Source: Squalus acanthias (lineage: Eukaryota). From it: a DNA stretch of 64,000 nt. Shown piece after piece: positions 39,640 through 51,689 of the stretch; within the stretch, counting starts at the first letter, position 1; each line of letters starts with the position of its first letter. The notes beneath the pieces are model-generated. The model searched no databases and was not told the DNA's origin. It saw only the letters and a list, made by a program, of their open reading frames with translations. The position numbers and the translations under genes were made by a program. Location of the stretch: assembly GCA_030390025.1 (NCBI GenBank), contig CM059427.1, positions 148,118,001 through 148,182,000 on the forward strand, written 5' to 3'.

Positions 39640-40030
39640 GAAAGAACATGCATTTATATAGCGCCTTTCACATCCTCAGGACATCCTAAAATTACTTTTG
39701 GAATGTAGTCATTGTTGTTTTGTAGACAAACAATTTGCACATAGCCAGATCCCACAAACAGCAATGAGGTGAATGGCCAGTTAATCTGTTTTTAGTGGTT
39801 TTGGTAGAAGGATACATTTCTGCTTGGACAAATTTCCTGCTCTTCTATTAATAATGTTATGGGATCTTTTATCTCCACCTGAGAGGGCAGACAGGGCCTC
39901 ATTAATATCTCACCTGAAAGATTAACAGCAGCAGTGCAGTAATCCTAGCCTAGATTATGATCCTGGGGCTTGAACCAACAACTGTTCTGACTCAGAGGCA
40001 GGAGTTCTACCATTGAGCTATGGCTGATAG
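39640..40030 (-). mobile_element. DeuSINE
   Basis: Homologous along its length to 40487-40957. Confidence 0.8.
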
Positions 40031-40486
40031 ATGGGTAACAATTTTGTATTTGTGCAGTACCAGATGCCTCTTCCACATTAGTTTTGTTTAAATCACAGTT
40101 ATTCATGAGCTCAGAAATGGCTGAGCCTCAAGTCACATGGATGGAGTTTGGAGTCCCCATCCAGGCTCTTTTACATTCTAGGGAAAGTATTTTCAAGTGT
40201 GTGTAGATAGGTTTTACTCTAACTTTACCATGACTAAGCACAACTACAGATATCCTCAACCATGATGCCAGTGCTATTTGATGAATCAGCTTCATAACTA
40301 TGCCAGTGTTGCTGGCTGAAAATGCTCTGAGATTTAAAATTTAATAGACATTTTTGGCATAAAAAACATTTTAAAAAATCAAAATTATCTGCTACAAATA
40401 CACCATCACATGTATAAATCCTGCAAGAATGACTCCAAATGTGTTATCAGTAAAATACTGCAAGATATTTGAATATTTTGGCATGA

Positions 40487-40957
40487 AGAAAGAAAGACTT
40501 GCATTTATATAGCGCCTTTCACGACCACCGGACGTCCCAAAGTGTTTTGCAGCCAATGAAGTACTTTTTGAAGTGTAGTCACTGTTGTAATGTAGGAAAC
40601 GCGGCAGCCAATTTGCGCACAGCACGCTCCCGCAAACAGCTATGTGATAATGACCAGATAATCTGTTTTTTAGTGATGTTGATTGAGGGATAAATATTGG
40701 CCAGGACACCAGGGTTAACTCCCCTGCTCTTCTTCAAAATAGTGCCATGGAACTTTTACATCCACCTGAGAGAGCAGACGGGGCTTCGGTTTAATGTCTC
40801 ATCTGTAAGATGGCACTTCTGACAGTGCAGCACTCCCTCAGTACTGCACTGGAGTGTAAACCTAGATTTTTTGTGCTCAAGTCTCTGGAGTGGGTCTTAA
40901 ACCAACAACCTTCTGACTCAGAGGCGAGGGCGCTATCAACTGAGCCATGGCTGACAC
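40487..40957 (-). mobile_element. Full-length, young DeuSINE (SacSINE1-like)
   Basis: tRNA-like head with A/B boxes, Deu core, L2-like tail ending in (TTTC)n, and retained CpGs. Confidence 0.88.
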
Positions 40958-40984
40958 CATAACATAAAATGGAACTAAATAACA

Positions 40985-41600
40985 TTTGATGAGCTTTCCT
41001 GATGACTCGGCTTGTTAAGACAATGAGCAAAAGAGCCACACAAATCAGTGAGGTCCTAGGTTCAATCCCCACTATGTGCTGAGTTAGCTAATCTCAGCCA
41101 GGGCAGCAGTAGGGGTAATACAGATGTCCTCAGTGTCCCTTGCTTAGGAAAGAAAAACCTGCCTAAGGATTCTGTCTCCTGATCAAAATTCAGTAACTAC
41201 TATGGATTTCTATGATTACTATGATTTCCTCTGCTCCACCATTGGTGGCCGTGCCTTCAGTTGCCTAGGCCCAAAGCTCTGGAATGCCCTCCCTAAACTT
41301 CTCCACCTCTCTACCTTTCCTCCTTTAAGTTGCTCCTTAAAACCTACCTCTTGGACCAAGCTTTTGGTCACCTGTCCTAATATCTCCTTATGTGGCTCAG
41401 TGTCAAATTTTGTCTGATAGCACTCCTGTGAAGCGCCTTGGGACGTTTTACTGTGTTAACGGTGCTATATAAATGCAAGATGTTGTTGCACAGGTTGTGT
41501 GACAGTTGGGGTGAGGGCAGTATCAGACTTGGCTGTGATGTCACTTATAGTCAAATAGCCTCCCAATACTCACTGTCATGAAGAATGGCAAGTTGATTTC
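40985..41600 (+). mobile_element. AmnSINE2-like SINE interrupted by an L2 3' end (~41228-41490)
   Basis: Head GGTTCAATCCCCACTATGTGCTGAGTTAGCT. The insert encodes IGGRAFSCLGPKLWNALP and ends GATGTTGTTG. Confidence 0.7.
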
Positions 41601-41603
41601 AAT

Positions 41604-41690
41604 GGGAATGAAATTTGGGTGTGGTGTATCATGGGCGGCTGATTTTCTACCATTCATTTTGCATCCCCGCTGAAGCTGAATTTCACCCCC
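41604..41690. mobile_element. Short MITE related to 56-160
   Basis: GGGAATGAAATT ... AATTTCACCCCC. Confidence 0.6.
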
Positions 41691-42193
41691 AGAATGTCCA
41701 AACTGGTTAAGCGTTCATGGTGGCCATACTCGCCTTTGCTAATGTGTTAACTTAAAGGAGAATTGTCAACTCCTGAATTGTCAATGGCCAGAATCCATTC
41801 CTGTAACAACTAGGAACATCTACCACAAAACTCTGCCACCACTCTGCGGTGCTGATTACTATGGAAACTATGGCCACAGAAGGCCACAGTACTGCAGCAT
41901 TCATTTTTACAAAGTTTTATTTGTAGCTTTCATCTTACTTTTTAACTAAGAAGAAATGTAATGAATAAGCGCCCTCGTCATGCCCTCCTCTCTTTATATG
42001 CATAGTTATCAAGCTGTCCACTTGGTTGGTTGCTTTACTGTCCAGTGTTGTGCTAAACAACACAGACCAGGATTTTCACAGTTTTATCGCCAGTCTGTGC
42101 TAAGTTAGCTAACCCCAAGCTCAGTGGCACCAGGGATGCTAAAACTGGTCTCAGTACTCCCGGGCTGTGCAGAGAATATTAGCCAAAGACAAT

Positions 42194-42956
42194 GGCCCAG
42201 AAATTCGGCTCCCTGGCTTCCCGCGGGTGCAAGGATCCTGCACGCACCTACCTATCGTGCCTGCTGTTGACCTCTGGGCCCACGGGGACTTCAGCTCCTG
42301 GGCCTGCTCCAACTGCCGGCGCGCAGTGCTTGCGTGTCCCAGGGGCGTAGTTAGTGCGATGCGACCCCTGGGATCACGTGGGCCATGGAGAGCCAATGGC
42401 AGCAGACCATCTTTCATTCATAGATTTGACAGGAAGACCTGTCAAATCTATGAATTGAAATCGGCCCCAAAACAACACCTAAACATCAAATAAATTTTTT
42501 AAAACATCACATTTTTAAAATAACTATAAGTTAAATAAATTAACTACTTTAAACAAAAATTTAAATTTTTGAAAAAATTAAAATACTTTTTAACAGTGCT
42601 AAAAATAAACTTACCTTTCTTTAAAGTATTTAAAAAAGATAAACCTGTTGAAATTTTTTTTAAATTGTAATTAATTAACCACTTACCTTGTTGAAAACGG
42701 GTCTTGCGCCTCCTTTTTAAAAGCGCAGCCTCTTCAATATTTACCCTCCCGGTTAAACCTGAAAAAAAACCTAAGTTTGCTGCGTGCGCGCAGCCTCTAC
42801 CGCGCACGCGGTTCACCTCTGAACCGCTCCCTTCACGAGACCGGAAGTTCCGGTTTCCCGCACATGCGCAGTGCATGCAGGAAACCGGCACTTCAGGCGG
42901 CCTTACGGGTGAGTACACAGTCCGTACTCACCCGGCAAGTGCCGAATTTTTGGCCC
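42194..42956. mobile_element. PIF/Harbinger-type MITE copy 1, inserted in an AmnSINE2-like SINE (~42050-43180)
   Basis: TIRs GGCCCAGAAATTCGGC / GCCGAATTTTTGGCCC, flanked by AAT and ACT. Collinear with 47225-47985. Confidence 0.85.
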
Positions 42957-44309
42957 ACTGTTGCTGATTGATAGCCAGTGACCACTGCTCAGAAGTGTAC
43001 CTATGTGGATATTGGGTGAGGACAGCATCGAGCTCAGCTATGATGGCTCCACAGCCAAATCTATCTGCCAACAGACACTGTCTGGGCTCACACATGAAAA
43101 ATAGTCACTTGGATGAGGTACTGGAAACCTATTCTAGCATAAGTCAGCACTGTCAGCAAAAGGGAGAGAAAATTAGACAGAGGAAAAAAATGTACATAGC
43201 AAAGTGTCTTGCAAAGCACTTTGTCGTCATTGTACTGCTTCTTTTAATAAAGTAGATACACTGCCCTGCAATAACAGTAGTTTATTTTTGCCCCAATTAT
43301 TAGATTGTTAGATCAACTATTCTGTAACAGACTGAAAGGTGTCTCATGACTCAAATTAGAGTGACCTGATTGGAGAGCAATGACATCATGATTCGTCATT
43401 TTGTTTATGGCTCCATAAAAGTGCTGTGTTGCTGACATCACAAAACCTTTAATAAAGTCATTGAACATCGCCAAAAGACAAGGCAGATTGCAGCATGCCT
43501 TACTTTTAGTAGTTTCAAAGAACACTTCTAAAAAATGTGATACTGTCCTCTTAACCCAAACTGTATGCTTATTCCAGAAGCTACTTGTGCTGATTATAGG
43601 TTCAAGAAAAAGTTAGAAGATTGCTACAATTATATTATTATTAACACCTTGTAATTTGCTCAGTGGAATCCTACATTTTTCTATCCCGATATGGCTATAA
43701 TGAAAGAAAATTGCGACCTTATTGAGGTGGATGGCGCCCGTTCTGATTAGCGTTAAGTATACGGCTATTATTTGTAAGTATGTCGCTCGTCATTCAAATA
43801 TTAGTACTTCAAGCAACAGTGTTTTTCTGAGTCATCCCCTTTCCATTATAGTTGTCCCCTTGCTTTCAAATGTTACGATCTCTTCTTACATGAATAATTG
43901 GAGTCTTTTCAGATTCACTTTAATAACCAGAATCAGAAAGCAATCAGGGAGTGTTAACAGTGAGCTAGAGGTAGTTTCCATGGAAGTTAAGGCATGAAGG
44001 ATTACATGTATGCACTCGCCAGTGATATCAAGCTTCTTCCACTCTGACACAGACATTTACAGATAAATAAATGGTTTGCTGAGGTCTGTCAAATGAGAAA
44101 TCTTGCTGTGAAATGTCAGTAACAATTTGGTAGTTCAGACCACTAATCTCTAAATCCTGATACTCTGACCCAATTCTACGCAGCATTTGTGTCATTTCTT
44201 TATATAGACTTTTATTTTATTTATCAAGTAGCCTTCTAATTAGCTGATTTAAATGTGAAACAATGATCACAATATCACTGATAGGGCAAACATTCTGCAA
44301 GCATTAAGG

Positions 44310-44510
44310 GCCCTGTGTGAAATGAGCTTGGGCAGTCTCAATACCCAGTGAACACTGAGCCACAACACAAAATTGCCCTTAATTTGGTCATAAGGTGGCT
44401 GGCATGGGAAAATATAAAAACCCCTTCTGAGGTTGGGGCTGAGGCACATTGTGGGGGCAGAATTATGCCACATTTAACGGTGCTATACTTAACCTGGGCA
44501 TGATTGACGT
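44310..44510 (+). mobile_element. LF-SINE-like fragment
   Basis: GGCCCTGTGTGAAATGAGCTTGG...GTCTCA and GGGGCTGAGGCACATTGTGGGGGCAG resemble LF-SINE as recalled. Confidence 0.55.
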
Positions 44511-45773
44511 GTAAAATAGAAAGTGCTCCATTCCATAGAACTAACATCCCTCACCATGAAGAATACAAAGTTCATAATAAAAAATAGAATCACATTTTTC
44601 TAGTTTATTCTCACTCAAGATGTGCCCTAATCTCTGAAGTTTTATGATTTCTGAACTAGGTTGTTTTAAAACCCCCCACTAATATTATGTTATTGCTCAC
44701 ATTATGGAGATGACCATAGATATAAGTCACATTATAACTTGATTTGTCACTGCATGAATATAAATCTGCACTCATAAGAATCCCCTAAGTGTAACCTATG
44801 TGCAACCCCAGCCTTGTGACAAAGTTAATTACTATCTCCTTCACTACTATAAATATCCATTTGTTTTAGTTTTACCACACCCGCCATTATTTTGTCCTGC
44901 TCTTCCCAACCACTCCAATATGCCTCACCCCACCTCCCAGCTTCATTAGTGCAATCTCTGGTCCCAATCCCTCATCTTCTTCCTTGCTGGGTCAGTATTT
45001 ATTTTCTGACCTCCCCCTGCTCCTCTTAGTCAATCCAATATACTGTAGCCCCCCTCCCAAAGTCATGATTTATTTACGCTTACATCATTTATAAAACCAA
45101 CACTGCAAACCCCATTTCAAGCCAGAAAACTCATCATCAAAATAACCCAGCATAGCCTGCAGAATTGGCCATTTTCTTACTGTAACTGCAACCAATCCAA
45201 AAAATATGCAGACGGTCTTTAGCAGGATTAATATTTCTACAAACACATCATTATTCTCATATTTAGATTATTTTCTCAGCCAAAACCACCTTATGAAAAA
45301 CATTTCATTGTTTATATATATTTTGGCAACCCCTTTATTGCTGCCGACAGCACCAACCCCACCTCCATAATCAGACGTTGCTCAACAACTTGCAGAAACA
45401 AGCTTTCATTATTAAGCACTATTTCATTTATTCTAGCCACAATTTAACATGACAATCTTCACATTCACAAACATCACTAATTACCACCTACATTTTATAA
45501 TTAATTAAATTACCCATTACATTTAAAAATCTGTATATTCAATGCATTATATAAATCAATCAACAATTTTCTTACTATAATTATTGTTAAGTTTCTCTCT
45601 CACATTTTTAATTTACAGCTTCACTTCTTTTATTACAAATGCGCCCATTTTCTCTGTGAACAATGATATGGCAAATCTACTATCTATCTATATTAAAAGT
45701 CTTGAATATGGCATGCACTGCCTGTGCACGTCAACCTTACTTCTTGTTTCACGATTTTGAGTCATGCTTTGTG

Positions 45774-45868
45774 TGTCAACATTTGTAAAGGTTAAATCCT
45801 ATGTCAACATTTAATAAAGTTAAAACATATGTCAACATTATATAATGTTAAAATTCTATATCAATATT
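45774..45868. repeat. 28-bp tandem repeat, about 3.5 copies
   Basis: TGTCAAC at 45774, 45802 and 45830, with a degenerate copy at 45859. Each is followed by ATT...GTTAAA. Confidence 0.75.
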
Positions 45869-45924
45869 TGGCAATCACATCTCTTTAATAGTTATCCTAG
45901 AGGCCTTTCTGCCTACTGTGGCAC

Positions 45925-46240
45925 TGTGTTTTTATTTGTTCTTGGATGTGGGTGACATTGGCAAAGTTATATTTGTTGCTCATCCCTAGTTACCCATAGA
46001 AGGCGGAATGAGCTACTTCAGAAGACATTTAGAGTTAACCACATAATGTGGTAGTGGGGTCACATGTAGGCCAGATCAGGTAGGGTGGCAGGTTCTGTTG
46101 CCTGAAGGATATTAGTGAACCAGTTGGATTTTTATGACAATCGGCAGCTTTTATGATCTTTATGCTAGTCAACAAATTACCAGATTTATTGAATTCAATT
46201 TCATAACTTGCCGTGTTGGGATTTGAACTCATAATCACTA
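45925..46240 (-). mobile_element. tRNA-derived SINE (same family as 27.7, 51.7 and 53.5 kb)
   Basis: ATTAGTGAACCAGTTGGATTTTTATGACAATC...GGGATTTGAACTC. Confidence 0.7.
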
Positions 46241-46499
46241 GCTTCCCTCTCTAATTGCATTGCCCAGCTCTGACAACCATTTCCTTTTTTCTTAATCATT
46301 TACCACTCCCCCTCTGATTTTTCGGTTTACCTACTCCTCCTGCCCAAATTTCCCCTTTACTCTCTCCTGATGCCTGATTTTCAGGGCCGTGCTGTTCTGA
46401 TTTGGCCTATCCACTGCTCCCCACCCAGTTACCCTCTTGACACCACCCGATTTTCCCGTTTATTCCCTCCCCCTGCTCAATTTTTAAGCTTTGGGCCAC

Positions 46500-46830
46500 T
46501 GAATTAAATATTCTGTGGCTGAATGAAAGGGCTCCTGGGTACTCATTAAATAATGTCTGGGTGAGTCTCAATGGAATCGAGGAAATTCATTAAATAACCT
46601 ATGATTGAGGCAATAGATTCCAATGAACTCATTAAATAATGTGTGGGTGAGCCAATGTAATTGAACGAGTTAATTAAATAACGTGCGGCTGAGTCAATGG
46701 AATCGAGTGAACTAATTGAGTAATTCATGGCTGAGTCATGGAATCAAACAAATGAATTAAATAAACTGCAGCTGACTCAATGGAATCAAGTGAATTAATT
46801 AAATAAACTGGGGCTGAATAAATAGAATTG
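46500..46830. repeat. Degenerate ~42-bp minisatellite, about 8 units
   Basis: ATTAAATAA recurs about every 42 bp, followed by GGCTGAGTCAATGGAATC-like sequence. Confidence 0.8.
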
Positions 46831-47224
46831 GGATTCGGGGGAATAGGCCAGCAACTTAATTGTTTAAGTAAACTGCGGCTAAATAAATAAATCACACTGG
46901 CTGTTATTGCCCTATTCTCTCTTTGCCCCTCCATGCCACCCTACGTCGGTTTAAGTCCTGCTCACTGTCTGCTCCTCCATATCCATTCCTCCATCTAACT
47001 TCTACTTCTCCCTGTTTATATTTATTACTCCTTTATTTATATTCATTTCAAACTACAAACCTTAAATAGGTCCGATCCTACACGCTGCTTTCACCAACTC
47101 TCCCATGTCCATTCCCTGCTGATGCTCACTACCATCATGGATACACATTGTCTCCCCAGGGCCCACTGAGCATCACCAAGCTATTCCCTTCTCCCAATTA
47201 TCCACTCACCCAAAAATACGCATT

Positions 47225-47985
47225 GGGCCAGAAATTCGGCTCTCCGGCTTCCCGCGGGTGCAAGAATCGCGCGCGTACTTACATACCGCGCCTGCCGTTG
47301 TGCTTCGGGCCCGCGTGGAACTCGGCTCCTGGGCCTCCTCCAGCTGCCGGTGTGCAGTGCTTGCATATCCCAGGGGCGCAGTTAGTTCGAAGCGTCCCCT
47401 GGGATCACGTGGGCCATGGAGAGCCAATCGGAGCAGGGAATCTTCATTCATAGATTTGACAGGAAGACCTGTCAAATCTATGAATAGAGATCAGCCCCAA
47501 AACCTCACTAAAACTTCAAATATTTTTTTTTAAATCACATTTTTAAAATAACTATAAATTACATAAATTAACTACTTTAAACAAAAATTTAAATTTTTGA
47601 AAAAATTAATTACACTTTTTAACGGTGCTAAAAATAAACTTACCTTTCTTTGAAGTATGTAAAAAAGATAAACCTGTTGAAAAAATGTTTAAATTGTACT
47701 TAATTCACCACTTACCTTGTTAGAAGCAGGCCTTGCGCCTCCTTTTTCCCCGCGCAGCTTCTCCGTACTTACCCTCACGGAGAAACCTGAAAAAAAAAAC
47801 GAAGTTCGCTGCGTGCGCGCTGCCTCTCCGGCGCACGCGTTCGACCTCTGAACCCCTTCCTTCAGGGGAACGGAAGTTCCGGTTTCCAGCGCATGCGCAG
47901 TGCATGCGTGAAACCGCCACTTTCGTTGGGTCTGCGGGTGAGTACCCAGCGCGTACTCACCCGTGGAGACCCGAATTTCTGGCCC
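47225..47985. mobile_element. PIF/Harbinger-type MITE copy 2
   Basis: TIRs GGGCCAGAAATTCGG / CCGAATTTCTGGCCC with an ATT TSD (47222-47224 and 47986-47988). Confidence 0.88.
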
Positions 47986-50424
47986 ATTATTTCACCCATA
48001 TCCACCACCTAACACCCAAACTTCTCACTCCCTCTTTAGCTATCCTATCCTCCAGTACTCGCTATCCACACCCTCAACTATTTATTACACCAATACTCAC
48101 TACCTTTCCTTCATATACTAACATCTCCACCCACACTGCTCACTTACCTGACCATATTATTAGTACCCCAAGCCTTGATCATTGAGTACTCCAATCCCCA
48201 AATACTCAATACCCCCAGTACTCCCTTACCTCTCAACTAATTACTACACCTCCCCACCCCTTCACTCCACCTCAAATACCTTTCCTTCCAAATCCTCAAT
48301 TATTTCACTCAGCACCTCCTAAATCATCTTATAACTAACATTAGCTCGCAAATGTCACATCCTCTCACTTACCATCACCACACCATGTCCACTTCCTTAT
48401 ATCCTTTGGCTTCCCATCAGCAATGTAATGGGAGATCCACTATCTAGAATATATTAAACATCTTGCATATTGTAGTTGCTTCCTGTTCACATTGACCCTA
48501 CTTCCTAAGCCTTGATTTTTGAGTCGCAATTTTTATGTTGGCATAGACAATGGAAAACCCTATGTCAATATTTTAATGACAATGTTTGCCTGTCATGCTG
48601 TAATTATAGATCTTCTACTTCTAGCTGTTGCTATTGCATTTCCTTATTATGTTGTCCACTTCCTGGGCCACTTTAAGCCCCACTCTCCTTTTTTGCCTGC
48701 CAGCTTTTGACCCACTCACATTTCGGCTCTCACCATTTTATTGCACCAATCCCCCATCCTAGCTATTTCCTGCCATTTGTTTCTGCTGCTCCTGTCTTCC
48801 AAGGCCCCTTTCCCACTTCTTCCCCCTGCAGAACACCATTATGCCACTGCTGTGCTCCAACTTTCACTGTTCTTGGATTGAAACCGATCCCTGTCCTGCG
48901 TCCTCCTGCCATTCAAACTGTAACTTCCTGTCCAGGCTGGCTAATCCGGCTTTAGCTGCACTGCAAGGATAGCTGCCTGCTCTGAGTACTCCCACTGTCC
49001 CACTTCTGCTGCATGATCTTCACTGTATCAGACCTGGCTTTTCTGTCTTCACAGCCGGGAAGCTTCCACCCACTCCTGCGTCTGCTCCTCATGCCTTATT
49101 TTCGTCGATTCTGTGAATCCCGCAGTTTTGAAACAGCTGATTGTACTTATTATGTTTTTAGCAACACCATCATTGGCCCTCTCTCTCCCACTCACCAGCC
49201 TGGAAACATTCACCCTGGGGGATAAAGATAGTGGGCTGATGATTTTGCAGTGGGTAAGTCACAGAACATGAGGGAGCCAGGGATGTGAGGAGTGCAAGAG
49301 GAGCCTGCCAGTCCTGATGGAAGGCTCAGGAAAGGGTAGCTGTTGACTAAAAGGCCTCAGAACTCAAGAGTCCTGCTCTGCAAAGAAGGATTTTCAGCAA
49401 GCAACACATCAATATATAGTTACTGAGGGTGGTTTCCCGGGATGTGTAGCAAATGTCAAGGATCATGGTGGAGTCCACTGCCATCCTATATGCCAGCATC
49501 AAGGATAGTGGAGTGTGTGACAGGCACATCTACAACTGTTTGTCCCATCACAAAAGGCCCAGGACAAGTCAGTGCATCCTCAACAGATGCAGAGACTTCA
49601 GTTCTTGGGACATGAGAGCACTGTCTTCTGGGCTCCAGAACCTTGGAACTGGGATCCAAGCCAACATCTCCAGGGCTTCCAGGATCTAGCGGGAACCTTT
49701 CGGGTTAACTCTCCCATTGATCAGTGGCCAGCTAGAACTTGGGCAGGGGTCCAAACACATGATGTTTCTCTTTCTTGGAGAGCAACACATGCAAGCCCTC
49801 CAGTCAACCCCCTCAGATGCCTACACATGTAACAGGAAGGAGGCAGGGTCAGACTGCCCAGGCAGAAGCAGCAGAAGTGCAGCCAGCAGGTGGTCAATCC
49901 CAGGATTCTGCTTTCATGAGATGAGAACCGCATCAGTCCCAAGAGGCTCTCGGTCCATGTTTGCAGGCAAGCATTTTGTGACACTGGCCTCAGGTAGAAC
50001 CTAGAAAGAGTGCAAGATTAGTTGTGCAGTGGCCCTCAAGAGAAGAATAGTGATGAGCAAAAGTAAGAACTGTTGATGAAATATTCTTTGGCTAGTGTAT
50101 TGAATGTAGTGTTCCTTTGATTATTGTGGTATTGGTGGAGGGAAGTGGCCTTTGTATTCTCAGAGGCCTTACTTCTTTCCGTAGGTTGCACCCTACAGAT
50201 CTGTTGTATAAGTGCTGGGAATGAGGGTAATATGTAGTGAGGGCAGTGGTGTCATTCCCTCAAGGTGGTCTCCCTAGTGATCTCTCTATGTATTTCTCTG
50301 GCAGCTGTGGCTGCTGTCTCTTCTGTTTCCAACCCTTCTTGCTGATGGGCTCTGTGTCCTTCTGCCAAACCAGGCTGGCATTCCTCCTCCAGGATCTACA
50401 GTTCCAGTCCTTTTTGGAGGGGTA

Positions 50425-51230
50425 AGTTGTGCAAGTCACAACAAGCTACCACAATACATGAAACACAGTCTGGAGTGTATTCCAGTGCCCCTCTGGACTG
50501 ATCCGGGCTCCTGAAGCGACCTTCAATTTGTCAGTTTTCCTTTCTATGACCAATTGGGTGACTGCATGTGTCTTGTTATAGCGATGTTCAGTTGTAGAGG
50601 CAGGCCCTTGCAGTTATGTCATCAGCTAGGGAAGCTAAGTGTAGACCTTGTTGCTGAGGAGCCAACCAGATACCTGCAAGTCTTTGCCAAAAAGAGCTGT
50701 CAGGCTGGAGAGCTACAAGACAAATGCATCATGTCAGCTGCCAGCAAAGCAGGCGTTGATGTGCAGGATTTGTTGCTGTTGGTAACATACCAGCTCCACG
50801 TTGATAGAATGGAATCTCTTCGTGCAAAGGAAATTCAATGACTTTATAGATAGGTCCATATGTTGATATGGATTCTACTTACAGTTCTCTGTACTTTGAT
50901 GAATCCAGACATGTATACATCTCTGAGAGTTATGTGAAGACTTCTCTGATGAAATCCTACCTGTTGAAGATGTTGATATAAATGATGGCAACAATCCAAT
51001 ACTGTGCAGTGAATATGTTAAAGATGTCTACAAATATTTGGCCCTGTCATGTTGCTTGCATGCTGACATTAATACAGTTCCCTGATTTGTGAAACAGAAC
51101 ATCCATGACCTGATGGATTCATGAATGTACTGTAATATTGTACAGGTCCCTAGTTGCAATCTGGAATGAGCCACTGGCAGAAAAATTGAGCATTTTTGCA
51201 ACTTTGACTGCCAGTGGCAAAGCCATGCAA
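50425..51230 (-). pseudogene. Decayed PIF/Harbinger (HARBI1-like) DDE transposase
   Basis: Manual translation: ALPLAVKVAKMLNFSASGSFQ ... RFHSINVELVC ... FAGS*HDAFVL ... GWLLSNKVY ... EHRYNKTH ... RGALEYTPDCVSCIVVACCDLHN. Motifs are in order, with stops and frameshifts. Confidence 0.85.
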
Positions 51231-51689
51231 GCTGGTCTGCATGTCTGGGTCCAGAAGGTGGCACAGTGCAATGCCCTGAATCACAACTCTTCATTCATGC
51301 CTTTGTATGAGTACCAAGATTCGTAAAATAATATCAGCGTAGGGGGAAGGGAATGTCAGGGGTCTTTCATACTTCTGCAATGTAATCTGATGCGCTGTTA
51401 CTTCCTGTAGGCATCTTCTTCTTCTATGAGGTTGGTAAGTAGAGGGTTACCCATATGAAACCTATGCTACTACCTTTGTAGTTATTTGGGGTGAATTGTG
51501 GTATCCAAGGGTTCCAAGATTGAGGCAAGAGTAAAGATAAACTCCGTTTTTAGCTTAAGAAAAAAAATCAGATCACTCTATTAATACATATGCGGCAGGC
51601 AGAAGTTGACAAAAGACTTTTCCCTTTAAAGCTAATTTCCACCAGGATTAGCTGATCTTGCTTTGTATTAAATTAAAATATAGAAGGTA

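Noticed and set aside
40900-40957. tRNA-like sequences at SINE heads
   Set aside because: They have A/B boxes only, attached to SINE bodies, with no complete cloverleaf.
46500-46830. Regularly spaced repeats resembling a CRISPR array
   Set aside because: The units are degenerate, the intervening sequences are homologous rather than unique spacers, there are no cas genes, and the context is vertebrate.
42544-48185. Paired similar ORFs (e.g. RKFRFPAHAQCM) at 42.5-43.0 and 47.7-48.2 kb
   Set aside because: The similarity comes from two copies of one GC-rich MITE; the frames have no shared start or stop and no domain.
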